A stretch of 64,000 nt of DNA from Spirochaetota bacterium (GCA_025457965.1 JALOTJ010000001.1:1271-65270), one strand, 5' to 3'. Positions 27,195 to 37,956 are shown, counted from the stretch's first letter. Notes: generated by a model not told the origin, from the letters alone. Translations and numbers: made by a program.

Positions 27195-29864
27195 TCAAAC
27201 ATACACCTCGCGCGGCTTGCTCCCCTGCTGGGCGCCGATGTAGCCCCGGTCCTCCATGAGCTCGATGATGCGCGCCGCGCGGTTGTAGCCTATCGAGAGG
27301 CGCCGCTGCAGGTACGAGGCCGAGGCCTTCTTGGTCTCCTCCACGATCTTGAGCGCCTCCACGAAGAGCTCGTCGTCATCGCCCTCGTCATCTCCCGACA
27401 GCTCCTCCTCGAAGATGCCCGCGTCGATGTCGATGTAGTTGGGGTTGCCGAGCGAGCGCAAATGCCTCACCACCACCTGGATCTCGTCCTCGGAAACGTA
27501 TGCGCCCTGGATGCGCACCGGAAACGAGCTCATGGGCGACTGGTAGAGCATGTCGCCCTTGCCGAGCAGTTTCTCCGCGCCGTTCTGGTCGATGATGGTG
27601 CGCGAGTCGGTCTTCTGCGCCACCTGAAACGCGATGCGCGCCGGAAAGTTCGCCTTGATGATGCCGGTGATAACGTCGACCGAAGGCCGCTGCGTGGCGA
27701 GCACCAGGTGGATTCCCACGGCGCGCGCCTTCTGCGCGATGCGCGTGATGAACCCTTCGATCTCCTTCTGAGCCACCATCATCAGGTCGGCGAGCTCGTC
27801 CATGATGACCACGATGTACGGCAGGCGCTCGTACGAGTCGCCGTAGCCGGCCACCTTCTGGTTGTAGCGTTCGATGTCGCGCGTGTTGATCTGCGACAGC
27901 AGCCGATAGCGCCGCTCCATCTCGTACATCGCCCACTTCAGCGCCTTCGGCGCCACGTGCGGCTCCACGATCACCGGCGTGAGCAGGTGCGGGATGCCGT
28001 TGTAGAGCTGGAGCTCGACCATTTTCGGATCGACCAGGATGAAGCGCACGTAGTTGGGGTCGTAGTTGTAGATGAGGCTGGTGATGATCGAGTTCACGCA
28101 CACGGACTTGCCGCTTCCGGTGGCGCCGGCGATGAGCAGGTGCGGGAGCTTCTTGAGGTCGAGCGTTACGGGCTTACCCAGAATGTCCTTGCCCAGGGCG
28201 ACCTTCAGGCTTCCCGGGTACGTCTGGTATTCCTTCGCGGTGATGATATCGCCCAGGTTCACCATCTCGCGCTTTCTGTTGGGAACCTCGACCCCTATGG
28301 CAGATTTTCCCGGAATCGGCGCGACGATGCGCACCCGCGAGCCCGAAAGCGCCATGGCGATGTCGTCCGAGAGGCCCACGATACGGTTCACCTTTATGCC
28401 GGGCGCGATCTGCATTTCGTAGAGCGTAATGACCGGCCCGCGGTTGACGTTCACCACGCGCGACTCGATCCCGAAATCGTTCAGGGTGTTTACGAGGAGT
28501 TCGGAGTTCTTGATGATCTCGCTCTTCCAGCTCTCGGCGTCCGATGCCGAAGAGGGCTGAAGAAAAGCCGCCGGAATTATATAATCGCGATTGATGGCGA
28601 TCGTCTCGAAGACGCGCGGCCCGCTTTCCTCGTCGCCGAAATCAAAGGTCTGCTGGAGCTCTCCCGCCCCTTTCTTCGCGCGGGCGTTCTCTCGCCCCGA
28701 AACCGCGCGTTCGGCTTCGCGCCGTTCGGAGTCTCCTGAATTAACCGGCGCGGCCGCTGCGGCATCTTCATCTTCCACCGATATCGCTTCGGGGATCGCC
28801 TCATCATCGGACGATGCGCTGAAGCGGATCCGGTTGGTCGCGATCTGCGCCTCGACGGGCCTCTCGCTGTAGTCAGGATCGCCCGTTTCCACGGACACCA
28901 CGGGCTCCTCTTCATCGATTTCGATGGACTCAATCGATTCCGCGGAGTACGGCGTTGCATCACGGGATTCCGTTTCCGCTTCCGATATCCGGGTATCACG
29001 CCATTCGGTCATATCGGGCGACCGCCGCATCTCCACGATGCCGGCATCGCGGGCGGTATCGACGCCCCTTCCATCATCATAATACGTCTGGCACCCTTCC
29101 GCCGTCCGAAGCTCTTCGCCGGCCGGGGGCGCGATAAATTCCAGAAGCCCTATTCCCCGCCGGGGCGCATCCTCCCCATCGGGCACCACCTTTCCATGCT
29201 GCACGCGCACCCGTCGTTTGACCACCCATGGCGGTTTCGCCGCCCGCTTCACGTTCTTCCTCATCTCCTCGTCGATGCGGGTAAGCGGCGCGGAATCCGG
29301 GTCCCGGCGGCGCTGCAGCATGACGAAGGCCCCGCGCACCGCCGCCTGAAGTTTCCCGCCCGGGTAGGCGATGAAAAGCGACGAGAGCGAGAACACGCCG
29401 AGCATCAGAAGCGCCGCAAGGTTGAGTACCACCACCACGAGCGCGCCGCCGACATTTCCCATGAAGTGAGATAAAAACTGCACGAGATACATCCCCACAT
29501 ATCCGCCCGCACGCTGGGGCACTGCGCCGTGTCCGAAGAGTGCGCAGAGCGCGGCAAAACTCACCAGCAGGAATGAGAGCGCGAAGATGCGCTCCATCGA
29601 CCCCACGATATTCCCACTCTTAACGACGTGCCATCCGGCGAGCACGATGATCGCAACCAATATATAAGAAGAAATTCCGAAAGATATGTGGAGGAAATTC
29701 GCGATCCACGCCCCGAACGGGCCCATCAGGTTGCCCACCGGCCTGCTCTCGGAGAGCAGACGGTAATCGTCGATCGAAAAACTCGCAAGCGCGAGCAGGA
29801 GCATCAGCGAAAAGAGAAAAATAAATACGCCGGTGATCTCCTGAAAACGTCGATCGCTGGACAC
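27195..29864 (-). CDS. ftsK: DNA translocase FtsK
   Basis: N-terminal TM region and a long linker. Motor domain with Walker A GATGSGKSV. C-terminal gamma winged helix (LQRRLSIGYNRAARIIELME). GTG start with RBS GGAGGCGG. Confidence 0.95.
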   Translation of the reverse strand: MSSDRRFQEITGVFIFLFSLMLLLALASFSIDDYRLLSESRPVGNLMGPFGAWIANFLHISFGISSYILVAIIVLAGWHVVKSGNIVGSMERIFALSFLLVSFAALCALFGHGAVPQRAGGYVGMYLVQFLSHFMGNVGGALVVVVLNLAALLMLGVFSLSSLFIAYPGGKLQAAVRGAFVMLQRRRDPDSAPLTRIDEEMRKNVKRAAKPPWVVKRRVRVQHGKVVPDGEDAPRRGIGLLEFIAPPAGEELRTAEGCQTYYDDGRGVDTARDAGIVEMRRSPDMTEWRDTRISEAETESRDATPYSAESIESIEIDEEEPVVSVETGDPDYSERPVEAQIATNRIRFSASSDDEAIPEAISVEDEDAAAAAPVNSGDSERREAERAVSGRENARAKKGAGELQQTFDFGDEESGPRVFETIAINRDYIIPAAFLQPSSASDAESWKSEIIKNSELLVNTLNDFGIESRVVNVNRGPVITLYEMQIAPGIKVNRIVGLSDDIAMALSGSRVRIVAPIPGKSAIGVEVPNRKREMVNLGDIITAKEYQTYPGSLKVALGKDILGKPVTLDLKKLPHLLIAGATGSGKSVCVNSIITSLIYNYDPNYVRFILVDPKMVELQLYNGIPHLLTPVIVEPHVAPKALKWAMYEMERRYRLLSQINTRDIERYNQKVAGYGDSYERLPYIVVIMDELADLMMVAQKEIEGFITRIAQKARAVGIHLVLATQRPSVDVITGIIKANFPARIAFQVAQKTDSRTIIDQNGAEKLLGKGDMLYQSPMSSFPVRIQGAYVSEDEIQVVVRHLRSLGNPNYIDIDAGIFEEELSGDDEGDDDELFVEALKIVEETKKASASYLQRRLSIGYNRAARIIELMEDRGYIGAQQGSKPREVYV

Positions 29865-30119
29865 GCACCGCCTCCGATAGTATTCGAATGAAGATTGCGC
29901 AAAGAAACCGCGCGAGGGCGTACCATGCCCCCTTCGTATGTCGAGCCCTGGTATAGTATCGGCAGTTTACGACCCGGGATTGAGGAGGAAACGGGGCCCG
30001 GGCAATAGCGGGAAAAGGCAAAAGTGGACATGATGTTCACCGCGCACCGGGCGGCACGCTGATCAAACGGACGCCGGAACGCGCGGTCGACGCCGGTCAT
30101 ACGCGCTCCCGGGAGCGCG

Positions 30120-31778
30120 CTATATGTCCATTACCTGTACTTCTATGAGGGGATTGCGCCTGGTAAGGCGGAAAATGGAGTTTTTAAGGTGCTTCCTTAA
30201 AAACACGGTGATCTCCTTCTCCTGCGCGCCATCGGCAAGCATCCGGTGCGTCTGCGCCTGCACATCGGCGCGGATGGCATCGATAACCTTGATGTTCTTG
30301 CCCGCCACAAACCCCTTCGCCACTATCTCCGGCGGACGGACGAGCATTCCCTCCGCCGTCACCACCGTCACCAGCACGATCCCCTCGGCGGACATGGACT
30401 TACGGTCGTGTATAACGCCGTTTCCCACGTCCTCGATGTCCTGGCCGTCAACGTATATCTGGTTGAGGTGAAGCTCACCCGTCTTCTCGAATGACTTTTT
30501 TGAGAGCTCCAGGATGTCGCCGTTGCCGGCGATAATGCATCTCGACGATTTGATTCCCAGCGATTCCGCAATACGCACGTGCGCGCGAAGATATCTGTAC
30601 TCACCGTGGATCGGCATGAAGAACTTCGGTTTGGTGAGCGAGATCATGAGCTTCAGCTCCTCCTGCGAGGCGTGCCCCGACACGTGCAGGTCCTCGTCCT
30701 GCTCGTAAAAGACCTCTGCGCCCATCCTCATGAGCGAGTTTATCACCGAATACACCATTCGTTCGTTTCCGGGAATGACCGAGGCGGTGATGATGACCGT
30801 GTCTCCCGGCCCGGCGGCGAAGTGACGGTGCGTGTTGGACGCCATCCTCGAGAGCGCCGACATCGGCTCGCCCTGCGACCCCGTGCAGATGATCACGAGC
30901 TTTTTCTCCGGCAGCGAGTTCGCCTCCGCCACTTCGATGATCAGGTCGTCGTGGTACTCGAGGTAGCCCAGGCTGCGCGCTATCTCCACGTTTTTCAACA
31001 TCGTGATCCCGCTGATGACGACCCGTTTGTTGTACTTCTGGGCGGCATCCAGCACCTGCTGTATGCGGTGTATGTTCGAGGCGAAAGTCGCCACGATGAT
31101 GCGGCCCCTGACCGAGGAGAAAATCTCGAAAAGCCTCTCGCTTAAGATGCTCTCAGAGCGCGTGTACCCCTTGCGAAGCGCATTGGTGCTGTCCGACATG
31201 AGCAGCAGCACCCCTTTCTCTCCGTATTCCGCGAACTTGTATATGTCGGTAACCATGCCGTCCACCGGAGAATAGTCGATCTTGAAGTCCCCGGAATGGA
31301 TGATGGTGCCCACCGGCGTGCCGATCGCGATGCCCGCGCCGTCGATGATTGAATGGTTGACCCGGATGAACTCAACCATAAAAGCGCCCACCTGCATTTT
31401 GTTGCCGGGCGTCACCTCTATGAAGGTCGGTTTCTGCCGGGGAGGCCGCTCTTCCAGCCTGCTCTGTATCAGCCCCAGTGTAAGCCGCATGGCGAAGACG
31501 GGCGCCGAGACCTCCTTTAATAAAAAGGGGATGGCGCCGATATGGTCCTCGTGTCCGTGGGTTATGATTATGCCCTTTATACGGTGACGGTTTTTAACGA
31601 TATACGAAAAATCGGGGATGATGAAGTCGATCCCCGGAGTCTCCTCGGTCGGGAACATGATGCCGCAGTCGACGACGATGATGTCCTCCCCGTATTCGAA
31701 GACCGTCATGTTTTTCCCTATGGCGTCAAGCCCGCCAAGGGGCATTATTTTTACGCACTGATCTTTGACCTGTTTCAT
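30120..31778 (-). CDS. rnj: Ribonuclease J (metallo-beta-lactamase/beta-CASP)
   Basis: [29 protein letters not shown] and [14 protein letters not shown]. 552 aa. Confidence 0.95.
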   Translation of the reverse strand: MKQVKDQCVKIMPLGGLDAIGKNMTVFEYGEDIIVVDCGIMFPTEETPGIDFIIPDFSYIVKNRHRIKGIIITHGHEDHIGAIPFLLKEVSAPVFAMRLTLGLIQSRLEERPPRQKPTFIEVTPGNKMQVGAFMVEFIRVNHSIIDGAGIAIGTPVGTIIHSGDFKIDYSPVDGMVTDIYKFAEYGEKGVLLLMSDSTNALRKGYTRSESILSERLFEIFSSVRGRIIVATFASNIHRIQQVLDAAQKYNKRVVISGITMLKNVEIARSLGYLEYHDDLIIEVAEANSLPEKKLVIICTGSQGEPMSALSRMASNTHRHFAAGPGDTVIITASVIPGNERMVYSVINSLMRMGAEVFYEQDEDLHVSGHASQEELKLMISLTKPKFFMPIHGEYRYLRAHVRIAESLGIKSSRCIIAGNGDILELSKKSFEKTGELHLNQIYVDGQDIEDVGNGVIHDRKSMSAEGIVLVTVVTAEGMLVRPPEIVAKGFVAGKNIKVIDAIRADVQAQTHRMLADGAQEKEITVFLRKHLKNSIFRLTRRNPLIEVQVMDI

Positions 31779-32209
31779 ATTCCGCTGTGACCGAATCCTC
31801 CGTCGTTTCTCTCCGTCCGCGCAAGCGAGTCCACCGCTATAAAATCCGCCCGGTACACCCGCGCGAACACCATCTGCGCAATCCGCATACCGTGCTCGAC
31901 CACAAAAGGCTCACCGCCCAGGTTCGCCAGGATCACCTTCACTTCGCCGCGGTAGTCCGAATCGATCGTCCCGGGCGTATTGAGGCAGGTGACGCCGTGG
32001 CGAAGCGCCAGGCCGCTGCGGGGGCGTATTTGCGCCTCGTAGCCCTCCGGTATCTGAATGGCGATGCCGGTCGGGATGAGGGCGACGGCGCCAGGGGCGA
32101 TCGCGACCGGTTCGTCAACGCGGGCGAACACGTCGGCACCGGCGGCGCCGATCGTCTGATAGGCCGGTATCGACGCGCCGGGCAGCACGGTAATCCTGAC
32201 CGGAATCAT
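31775..32209 (-). CDS. dut: dUTP diphosphatase
   Basis: [27 protein letters not shown] and FGHSG motifs. 4-nt ATGA overlap with rnj. Confidence 0.95.
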   Translation of the reverse strand: MIPVRITVLPGASIPAYQTIGAAGADVFARVDEPVAIAPGAVALIPTGIAIQIPEGYEAQIRPRSGLALRHGVTCLNTPGTIDSDYRGEVKVILANLGGEPFVVEHGMRIAQMVFARVYRADFIAVDSLARTERNDGGFGHSGI

Positions 32210-32445
32210 TCCGCGGTGCCTTCCCGCCGCTTCCGGAAGTGCAGGCGCCCTGTATTTCGGATCGATTTACTCACGGGAGGATAATCCACACACATCGCCA
32301 TAAGGGTAAACACTTTTTTTGATCGTAAATACCTTCCCCGTTCCTCCCGGCGCACCGGGGACAATTTATCCGTATCGCCCTTGACGCGATGGAGGCCCGG
32401 TGCTACTTTAAACGGAATACACCATCGAACGTCCGGCAGGATACC

Positions 32446-33717
32446 ATGATCAGCACGGGAATAAAGCATCTCGACAGGTTGATAAGCGGCATCAAACTCG
32501 GAGACAACGTGGTCTGGCAGATCGCCAACGCGGTTCCGGTCGAGTACTTCATTAAAAGCTTTTTCACCAAATCGAACGATTTTCAGAACTCCATCATCTA
32601 CATCAACTTCAATTATTCGCCGCACACCATCTGCAAGCGCTTCGACGACATTTTCAAGAACTTCAACTTCATTCTCATCGACGCCTTCACCAACGGCAAG
32701 GGCAACGGCGACCCGGTCTTTCTCGATTTTTACCACAACGAGGAAGACTACGACCTCTCGCGCGTCATCCGGATACAGGACCCTCGTGACATCAACTCCT
32801 TCATCGCCACCCTGAACGACGTCCAGAAGGAGCATCGCGACGGGTCGTTCTACATCTTCGACAGCCTCACCGGCATGAACGAGCTCTGGCGGGACGAGCG
32901 CTCCGTGCTCGATTTCTTCGCCTTCACCTGCCCCAAGCTCTACGAGATGAACACGATCGCCTACTGGATCCTCGAGCAGGAGGCCCATTCCAAGGAATTC
33001 ATCGCCGGCCTCACGCACATCACCCAGATCGTACTTTCGGTCTACAACACCAGCTCAGATTATTACGCGCTCAAGATCCACAAGCTCGAGGACCGCCCCT
33101 CGACGAACATCAGCACGCCTCACGCTTTCCGCATCATCGACAGGGAGATCAGCTTTGAAGAGTCCGCCGAGGGCGATATTTTTAAAATCGGCACCAAGGT
33201 GAAGGAACTGCGAAAAGCGGCAAACATCACCCAGGCCGAGCTCGCCGCGCGCCTGGGCATGACCCCGGGAGCGGTCTCACAGATCGAGAATGATCTCATC
33301 ATGCCTTCGCTCAACACTCTCGTTCATCTGGCCGCGATTTTCAAAAAGCCCATCGAGCACTTCGTCAGCGCCGGGCTCCTGGAGAACGGCAACCGGGGAT
33401 TCACCGTTTTCAGGAAAAAGGACGCACGCCGGTTCTCCTCGAAAAACGCCCTGGTCACGGGCCTCGCCGACGAAAAAAGACCTGACTTCGCGCCATATCA
33501 TGTAACGCTCGAGGGGCACCAGGCGGTCGAGGGGCCCATTCTCCTGCACAAGGGCAAGGAGTTCATCGTCGTGGTGAACGGTTCGCTTTCGCTCACGATC
33601 GACGGGGAGGAGCACCTGCTGCGCAAGGGCGACTCCATCCTCCTGGAGCGCTCCTTTGTGGAGAAATGGGGCAACCGCGGAAAGAACGACTGTGAATTCG
33701 TCTACATCCAGTTTTAA
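32446..33717 (+). CDS. Three-domain regulator: degenerate P-loop-less KaiC/RecA-like domain, XRE-family HTH and C-terminal cupin
   Basis: N-terminus STGIKHLDRLISGIKLGDNVVWQ resembles KaiC/RadA STGIxGLDxxLGGG but has no GxxGxGKT. Middle IGTKVKELRKAANITQAELAARLGMTPGAVSQIENDL is a Cro/C1 HTH. C-terminus HKGKEFIVVVNGSLSLTIDGEEHLLRKGDSILLE is a cupin. ATG at 32446 has RBS AGGA. Confidence 0.75.
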   Translation: MISTGIKHLDRLISGIKLGDNVVWQIANAVPVEYFIKSFFTKSNDFQNSIIYINFNYSPHTICKRFDDIFKNFNFILIDAFTNGKGNGDPVFLDFYHNEEDYDLSRVIRIQDPRDINSFIATLNDVQKEHRDGSFYIFDSLTGMNELWRDERSVLDFFAFTCPKLYEMNTIAYWILEQEAHSKEFIAGLTHITQIVLSVYNTSSDYYALKIHKLEDRPSTNISTPHAFRIIDREISFEESAEGDIFKIGTKVKELRKAANITQAELAARLGMTPGAVSQIENDLIMPSLNTLVHLAAIFKKPIEHFVSAGLLENGNRGFTVFRKKDARRFSSKNALVTGLADEKRPDFAPYHVTLEGHQAVEGPILLHKGKEFIVVVNGSLSLTIDGEEHLLRKGDSILLERSFVEKWGNRGKNDCEFVYIQF

Positions 33718-33863
33718 CGCCATAAGCGCCCGGCCAGGAGCCATTGTCGTGGTGACATAATATTTACGCTTTTCCCCCGCACCAAAGCTGCCGATACTGT
33801 ATCAGTAGAACGGGGCCGTTCCCGGAGCGCGGAGAGGCGATGGTCTGACACAGCAGGAGGCAC

Positions 33864-34700
33864 ATGCGCAATCCCGCATCGCTCGAACGGTTCAACAACG
33901 CCCTGCGGCTTGAGAAGGAGGGGAACTACATCATGGCGATGCACGAATACATGGCTGCAATCGAAAGCGACGCCTCGAACAGGGAAGCGTACCTTAACCT
34001 CGGCTCGCTCTACTCACGGATGAACCGCCTCGGCGAAGCAATGGAGTGCTACCGGAAGGCGCTCGAACTGGGCGACGATTACCTTGTCCACTTCAACATG
34101 GGAAGCCTTCTCTACAAGACGGGTGAATACAAGCAGGCGGTACTCGCGCTTGAGAAGTCCAGAAGGCAGAACGGCTCGTTCACGCTCACCCTGCTCGTAA
34201 TGGGGCTTTCGTTCAGCCGCATGCGCAACCATGCGGCTGCGGAGTCCTGCTTCGCCCGGGTGCTCGAGCTGGACTCCGGCAACCGGGTGGCGCTCACCGC
34301 GCTCGCCATCATCGAACTGGACAGGAAGAACCACGAACACGCGCTCGAACTCATAGACCGTATCCTCGCGGCGGACTCCGCCAACGGCAGCGCGAGAAAA
34401 CTGCGCGCGGACGTCCTCTACCGCATGAACCGCCTTGACGAGTCCGCGAGCGAAATCAAATCGCTCAGGGACGAAGCAGACGACTACCGCTCCTACGACG
34501 ACTTCATCCGCTCGATCCCCCTCGAGATCTACACCGACCGGTATGGGACGATAGAGGACAAGATCGCCGCGCTGGGAGAAAAGGCCGCCCCCGGCGACCG
34601 GGACGGCCTGCTCAGCCTCAGCCTCTGCTATCTCCTCGCGGGGGATCCGGACCGGGCCATCGATCTTCTCTTCGAGGCGAAAAAGAGCATCCTTAACTGA
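33864..34700 (+). CDS. Tetratricopeptide-repeat protein
   Basis: Multiple TPR-like helical repeats (AYLNLGSLYSRMNRLGEAMECYRKALEL and others). RBS AGGAGG. Confidence 0.8.
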   Translation: MRNPASLERFNNALRLEKEGNYIMAMHEYMAAIESDASNREAYLNLGSLYSRMNRLGEAMECYRKALELGDDYLVHFNMGSLLYKTGEYKQAVLALEKSRRQNGSFTLTLLVMGLSFSRMRNHAAAESCFARVLELDSGNRVALTALAIIELDRKNHEHALELIDRILAADSANGSARKLRADVLYRMNRLDESASEIKSLRDEADDYRSYDDFIRSIPLEIYTDRYGTIEDKIAALGEKAAPGDRDGLLSLSLCYLLAGDPDRAIDLLFEAKKSILN

Positions 34701-34769
34701 AAAGGAGAAACGCTTTTCTCCGATAATGCTTGACATCCTCCATCGGAGCACCATAGGGTTCTCGCGGCG

Positions 34770-34843
34770 GGGCGATTAGCTCAGTCGGTTAGAGCGCCTG
34801 CCTCACATGCAGGAGGTCACTGGTTCGAGTCCAGTATCGCCCA
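34770..34843 (+). tRNA. tRNA-Val (anticodon CAC)
   Basis: GGGCGAT acceptor stem pairs with ATCGCCC. D-arm GCTCAGTCGGTTAGAGC. Anticodon loop CT-CAC-AT. T-arm GGTTCGAGTCC. 74 nt with discriminator A; CCA not encoded. Confidence 0.9.
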
Positions 34844-34966
34844 CAGCCCCGTAAGTCATCGTATCATACCGCGGTGGTTCGTGGAACCGGAAGTAAATAT
34901 AAAGACCCCTGCTCATCCGCATAATTGCGGCCAGAGCCGTCGAAAGATTCTCCAACAGGTACGGTG

Positions 34967-35173
34967 ATGAACATACCGGTTCTGCTCGATATCCTCGTCG
35001 GCAACAACGAGCTCACTCCCGAGCAGGCCAGACGGTCTCTCGCCATACAGAGGGACTCCAACAAGCTGATGGGCATGATCCTCGTCGAGGAGGGCTATAT
35101 CACCGGCGAAGTCCTGTGTAAATATCTCTCAAAGGAATACGAAGCCGCATTCGATCCGCGCACTCCCGATTAA
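34967..35173 (+). CDS. Small standalone GspE-N/MshEN-like domain protein (possible c-di-GMP receptor)
   Basis: 68 aa. LMGMILVEEGYITGEVLCKYL matches the LGxxLVxxGxIT...L...L motif of T2SSE_N/MshEN. A weaker first copy is VLLDILVGNNELTPEQARRSLAIQ. The RBS is only moderate. Confidence 0.45.
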   Translation: MNIPVLLDILVGNNELTPEQARRSLAIQRDSNKLMGMILVEEGYITGEVLCKYLSKEYEAAFDPRTPD

Positions 35174-35461
35174 TCGTCGCCCCTGCCGTCCCTTCGGAAA
35201 TATTGACAGGAAAACCGGCTTTATTCACGGTCCAGCTTCAGCTATATCCGACCTGCCGTGTAACCGGATACTACGGGGCATTCCCCGCTACCGGCGGCGA
35301 GCGCCCCGATAATCAGCCGGTTCGCAGGAAGTCTATTGTTAATGAAAGGTAAAATAATCTTATTAGTTGACATTCCCCGCTTCCTTTCCTTGAATATATA
35401 GCCGTCCGGGATAGGTTGTATAGCATATACTCGCGAAATAACCTGCTCTGCGGGGTTTTCA

Positions 35462-36709
35462 ATGCACAGGACCGAAAACGTCATCGATATTCATGGAATT
35501 CTCGACAGGGGGGATATCGTAAGCTTTTTTCAGCCGATCGTCTCGGTTAAAAAGAAATCGGTGATTGGCTTCGAGGCACTGAGCCGTGGTCTCGCGGAAG
35601 CCGACGCCGGCATGGTCTCTCCGCAGTTGCTTTTCGAATCGGCCGAAAAGAAAGGTCTCGCCACCAGCCTCGACCGCCTCTGCCGGGTGAAGGCGTTCGA
35701 AAGCTTCGGCGGACTCAAGAACGATCCCGACAGGTACATTCTCACCGTTAATATCGACCCATCCATCCTCGACGAGGGCACGGTCGGCTCAAACCACCTC
35801 AGGGAGCTCTCCCGTTCGCTCGGCATGCAACCCGGCAAGGTGCTCATTGAAATCATCGAGTCGAAGGTCGTTAACACAGAGGCCCTTAAGAAATTCGTGG
35901 CCCTCTATCATGAGTACGGATTCCTCATCGCCCTCGACAATATAGGCTCTGGGCTGTCGAACCTTGACCGTATCTCGATCATAAAGCCCGACATCCTTAA
36001 AATCGACAAGTCGCTCGTCCGGGGCGCCGCCGATCAGTGTCACAGCAGCGAAATCATAAAATCGCTCGTCGCCCTTGCCCACCGCATCGGCTCGCTTGTT
36101 ATCGCCGAGGGCGTCGAAACGGCCGACGAGGCTGTCGTCGCACTCGCGCTCGGCGTCGACATGCTGCAGGGGTATTACTTCGCCGAACCAGGGCCGCGTA
36201 TGGAACCACTCATGGACGGCATCGATGAAAAAATCGAGGCCGTTGCCGCGAATTTCAAGGAAAGGACCGTTAAGCGAATCAATGCCAAAAAATTGCAGTA
36301 CCGCAGCTACAACCAGATCATCAATACGCTGATAAGCGAGCTCTCGCGCATTCCCGAAGAGGAATACGATGAGGCGCTCGGGGCGCTCATCAGACCGCAC
36401 CCCGAACTGGAATGCGCCTATATCCTGGACGAGGACGGCATACAGGCGAGCGACACTATCTTCTCCTCAGCGAGCGGTGGCGATTCAAAAGGATTCTTTT
36501 TCCAACCGGGGAACAGGGGCACGGACCAGTCGTCCAAGGACTACTACTTCTTGCTGGCGGCGGGGCTGCCCAAGTACACCACCGCGCCCTACATCTCGCT
36601 CGCGTCGCGGAACATCTGCATTACCATATCGGTCGCCTTCCGCGACGTCAATTTCCGCAAGCGCATCCTGTGCATGGACATCATACAGGAAAACGGCATC
36701 ACCGCGTAA
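35462..36709 (+). CDS. EAL-domain protein (c-di-GMP phosphodiesterase) with an extra uncharacterised C-terminal domain of about 150 aa
   Basis: FQPIVSVKKKSVIGFEALSRG, LIALDNIGSGLSNL and IAEGVETADE are EAL motifs. Confidence 0.8.
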   Translation: MHRTENVIDIHGILDRGDIVSFFQPIVSVKKKSVIGFEALSRGLAEADAGMVSPQLLFESAEKKGLATSLDRLCRVKAFESFGGLKNDPDRYILTVNIDPSILDEGTVGSNHLRELSRSLGMQPGKVLIEIIESKVVNTEALKKFVALYHEYGFLIALDNIGSGLSNLDRISIIKPDILKIDKSLVRGAADQCHSSEIIKSLVALAHRIGSLVIAEGVETADEAVVALALGVDMLQGYYFAEPGPRMEPLMDGIDEKIEAVAANFKERTVKRINAKKLQYRSYNQIINTLISELSRIPEEEYDEALGALIRPHPELECAYILDEDGIQASDTIFSSASGGDSKGFFFQPGNRGTDQSSKDYYFLLAAGLPKYTTAPYISLASRNICITISVAFRDVNFRKRILCMDIIQENGITA

Positions 36710-36742
36710 GCAAACCCGTGCGGTTTATTAATCGGCCCGTCT

Positions 36743-37912
36743 TTACGGGGCCAGTTCACCCACACCCTCGCCGATGGTGCATTCGAAGACCTGCGGGGGG
36801 CCGCCGTACGCGCTCTGGAACCTCGCCCCGATCTCCCGTGCGAATTCCCCTGCGGCGGCGCCCGCCTCGAGCATGGTGATGGTGCACCCGCCGAAGCCGC
36901 CGCCCATCATGCGCGAACCGAAAACACCCGGCAGCGGAGCGGCCCATTCCACCAGCCGGTCCAATTCATCGATGCTCACTTCGAAATCGTCCCTGAGGCT
37001 TGCGTGAGACGCGTACAACAGGGCGCCCGCACCCGCATTGTCTCCGGAACGCATCAAACGATGAAAATCGAGCGCGCGCGCGTTCTCCGTCACCGCGTGT
37101 CGGGCGCGTTTCCGCTCCACGGCCGGCAGTTCGGGCGCCATCCGCTCATATTCAGCCGGGCCCAGTTCGCAGAGGTGATCGATACCGGCGCCCATGCCGC
37201 GCAACAGCGCGAGTGCCGATTCGCATTCACGGCGCCGGTCGTTGTAGCCGCTTTCGCGGAGCGAATGTTTGACCCCGCTGTTGACGAGCACAAAATGGAT
37301 GCGCGACGAATCGATAGTAAGATATTCGAACGAGAGGTCCCGCGTGTCCAGGAGCATGGCGCTGTCCTTTCTTCCGTGAATGACCGCGAACTGGTCCATT
37401 ATGCCGCAGGCGACCCCGGCATACTCCCGCTCCACGCGCTGTCCCAATTTCGCCAGCTCTACCGTATTGATGGGCAGGCCGAGCATCGAAAGCGCCCCGT
37501 ACAGCGTGACCGTGGTGACCGCAGCCGAGCTCGATACACCCGCTCCCGGCGGGATTGAGCTCAGGAAGCTCAGATCGAGGCCTTCATCCCAGTCGCTTCG
37601 GACCAGGGCAAGCGCCCCGGCCGGGTACAGCCAGACCTTCGGCACGACCGCACCTGCCCCGAAAAGTGAAAGCGGCAGATCGCCCGATGCATCGAAGCTT
37701 GCATCGTTAAAACGAAAGCGCTTGAGCGCATTTCTCGACATGCAGAGGTACACGGCCCTGTCGATAGCCGCGGGGAGGACATGACCGCCGTTATAATCGA
37801 CGTGCTCGCCGATGAGATTCATCCGCCCCGGACAGAAGAATACACGCACCGGACCCGTATCCGGGAAAACGGAACCGTGCCTCTCGATGAGCCGTTTCAG
37901 ATGATCGTTCAT
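36743..37912 (-). CDS. galK: Galactokinase (GHMP kinase)
   Basis: PGRMNLIGEHVDYNGG galactokinase signature. GHMP motif PLPGVFGSRMMGGGFGGCTI. Confidence 0.9.
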   Translation of the reverse strand: MNDHLKRLIERHGSVFPDTGPVRVFFCPGRMNLIGEHVDYNGGHVLPAAIDRAVYLCMSRNALKRFRFNDASFDASGDLPLSLFGAGAVVPKVWLYPAGALALVRSDWDEGLDLSFLSSIPPGAGVSSSAAVTTVTLYGALSMLGLPINTVELAKLGQRVEREYAGVACGIMDQFAVIHGRKDSAMLLDTRDLSFEYLTIDSSRIHFVLVNSGVKHSLRESGYNDRRRECESALALLRGMGAGIDHLCELGPAEYERMAPELPAVERKRARHAVTENARALDFHRLMRSGDNAGAGALLYASHASLRDDFEVSIDELDRLVEWAAPLPGVFGSRMMGGGFGGCTITMLEAGAAAGEFAREIGARFQSAYGGPPQVFECTIGEGVGELAP

Positions 37913-37956
37913 GGAAGTTTACAGAACGTCGTTTAAGGGATTACCGCACAGCGCGA

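Noticed and set aside
27462-28739. 425-aa plus-strand ORF opposite ftsK, and the similar minus-strand ORF 27388-28101
   Set aside because: ftsK is unambiguous (Walker A, gamma domain). The shadow ORFs are His/Arg/Asp-rich with no domains.
32206-33018. 270-aa minus-strand ORF overlapping the XRE-cupin regulator gene
   Set aside because: Glu/Val/Asp-rich low-complexity antisense translation. The plus-strand gene has clear HTH and cupin motifs.
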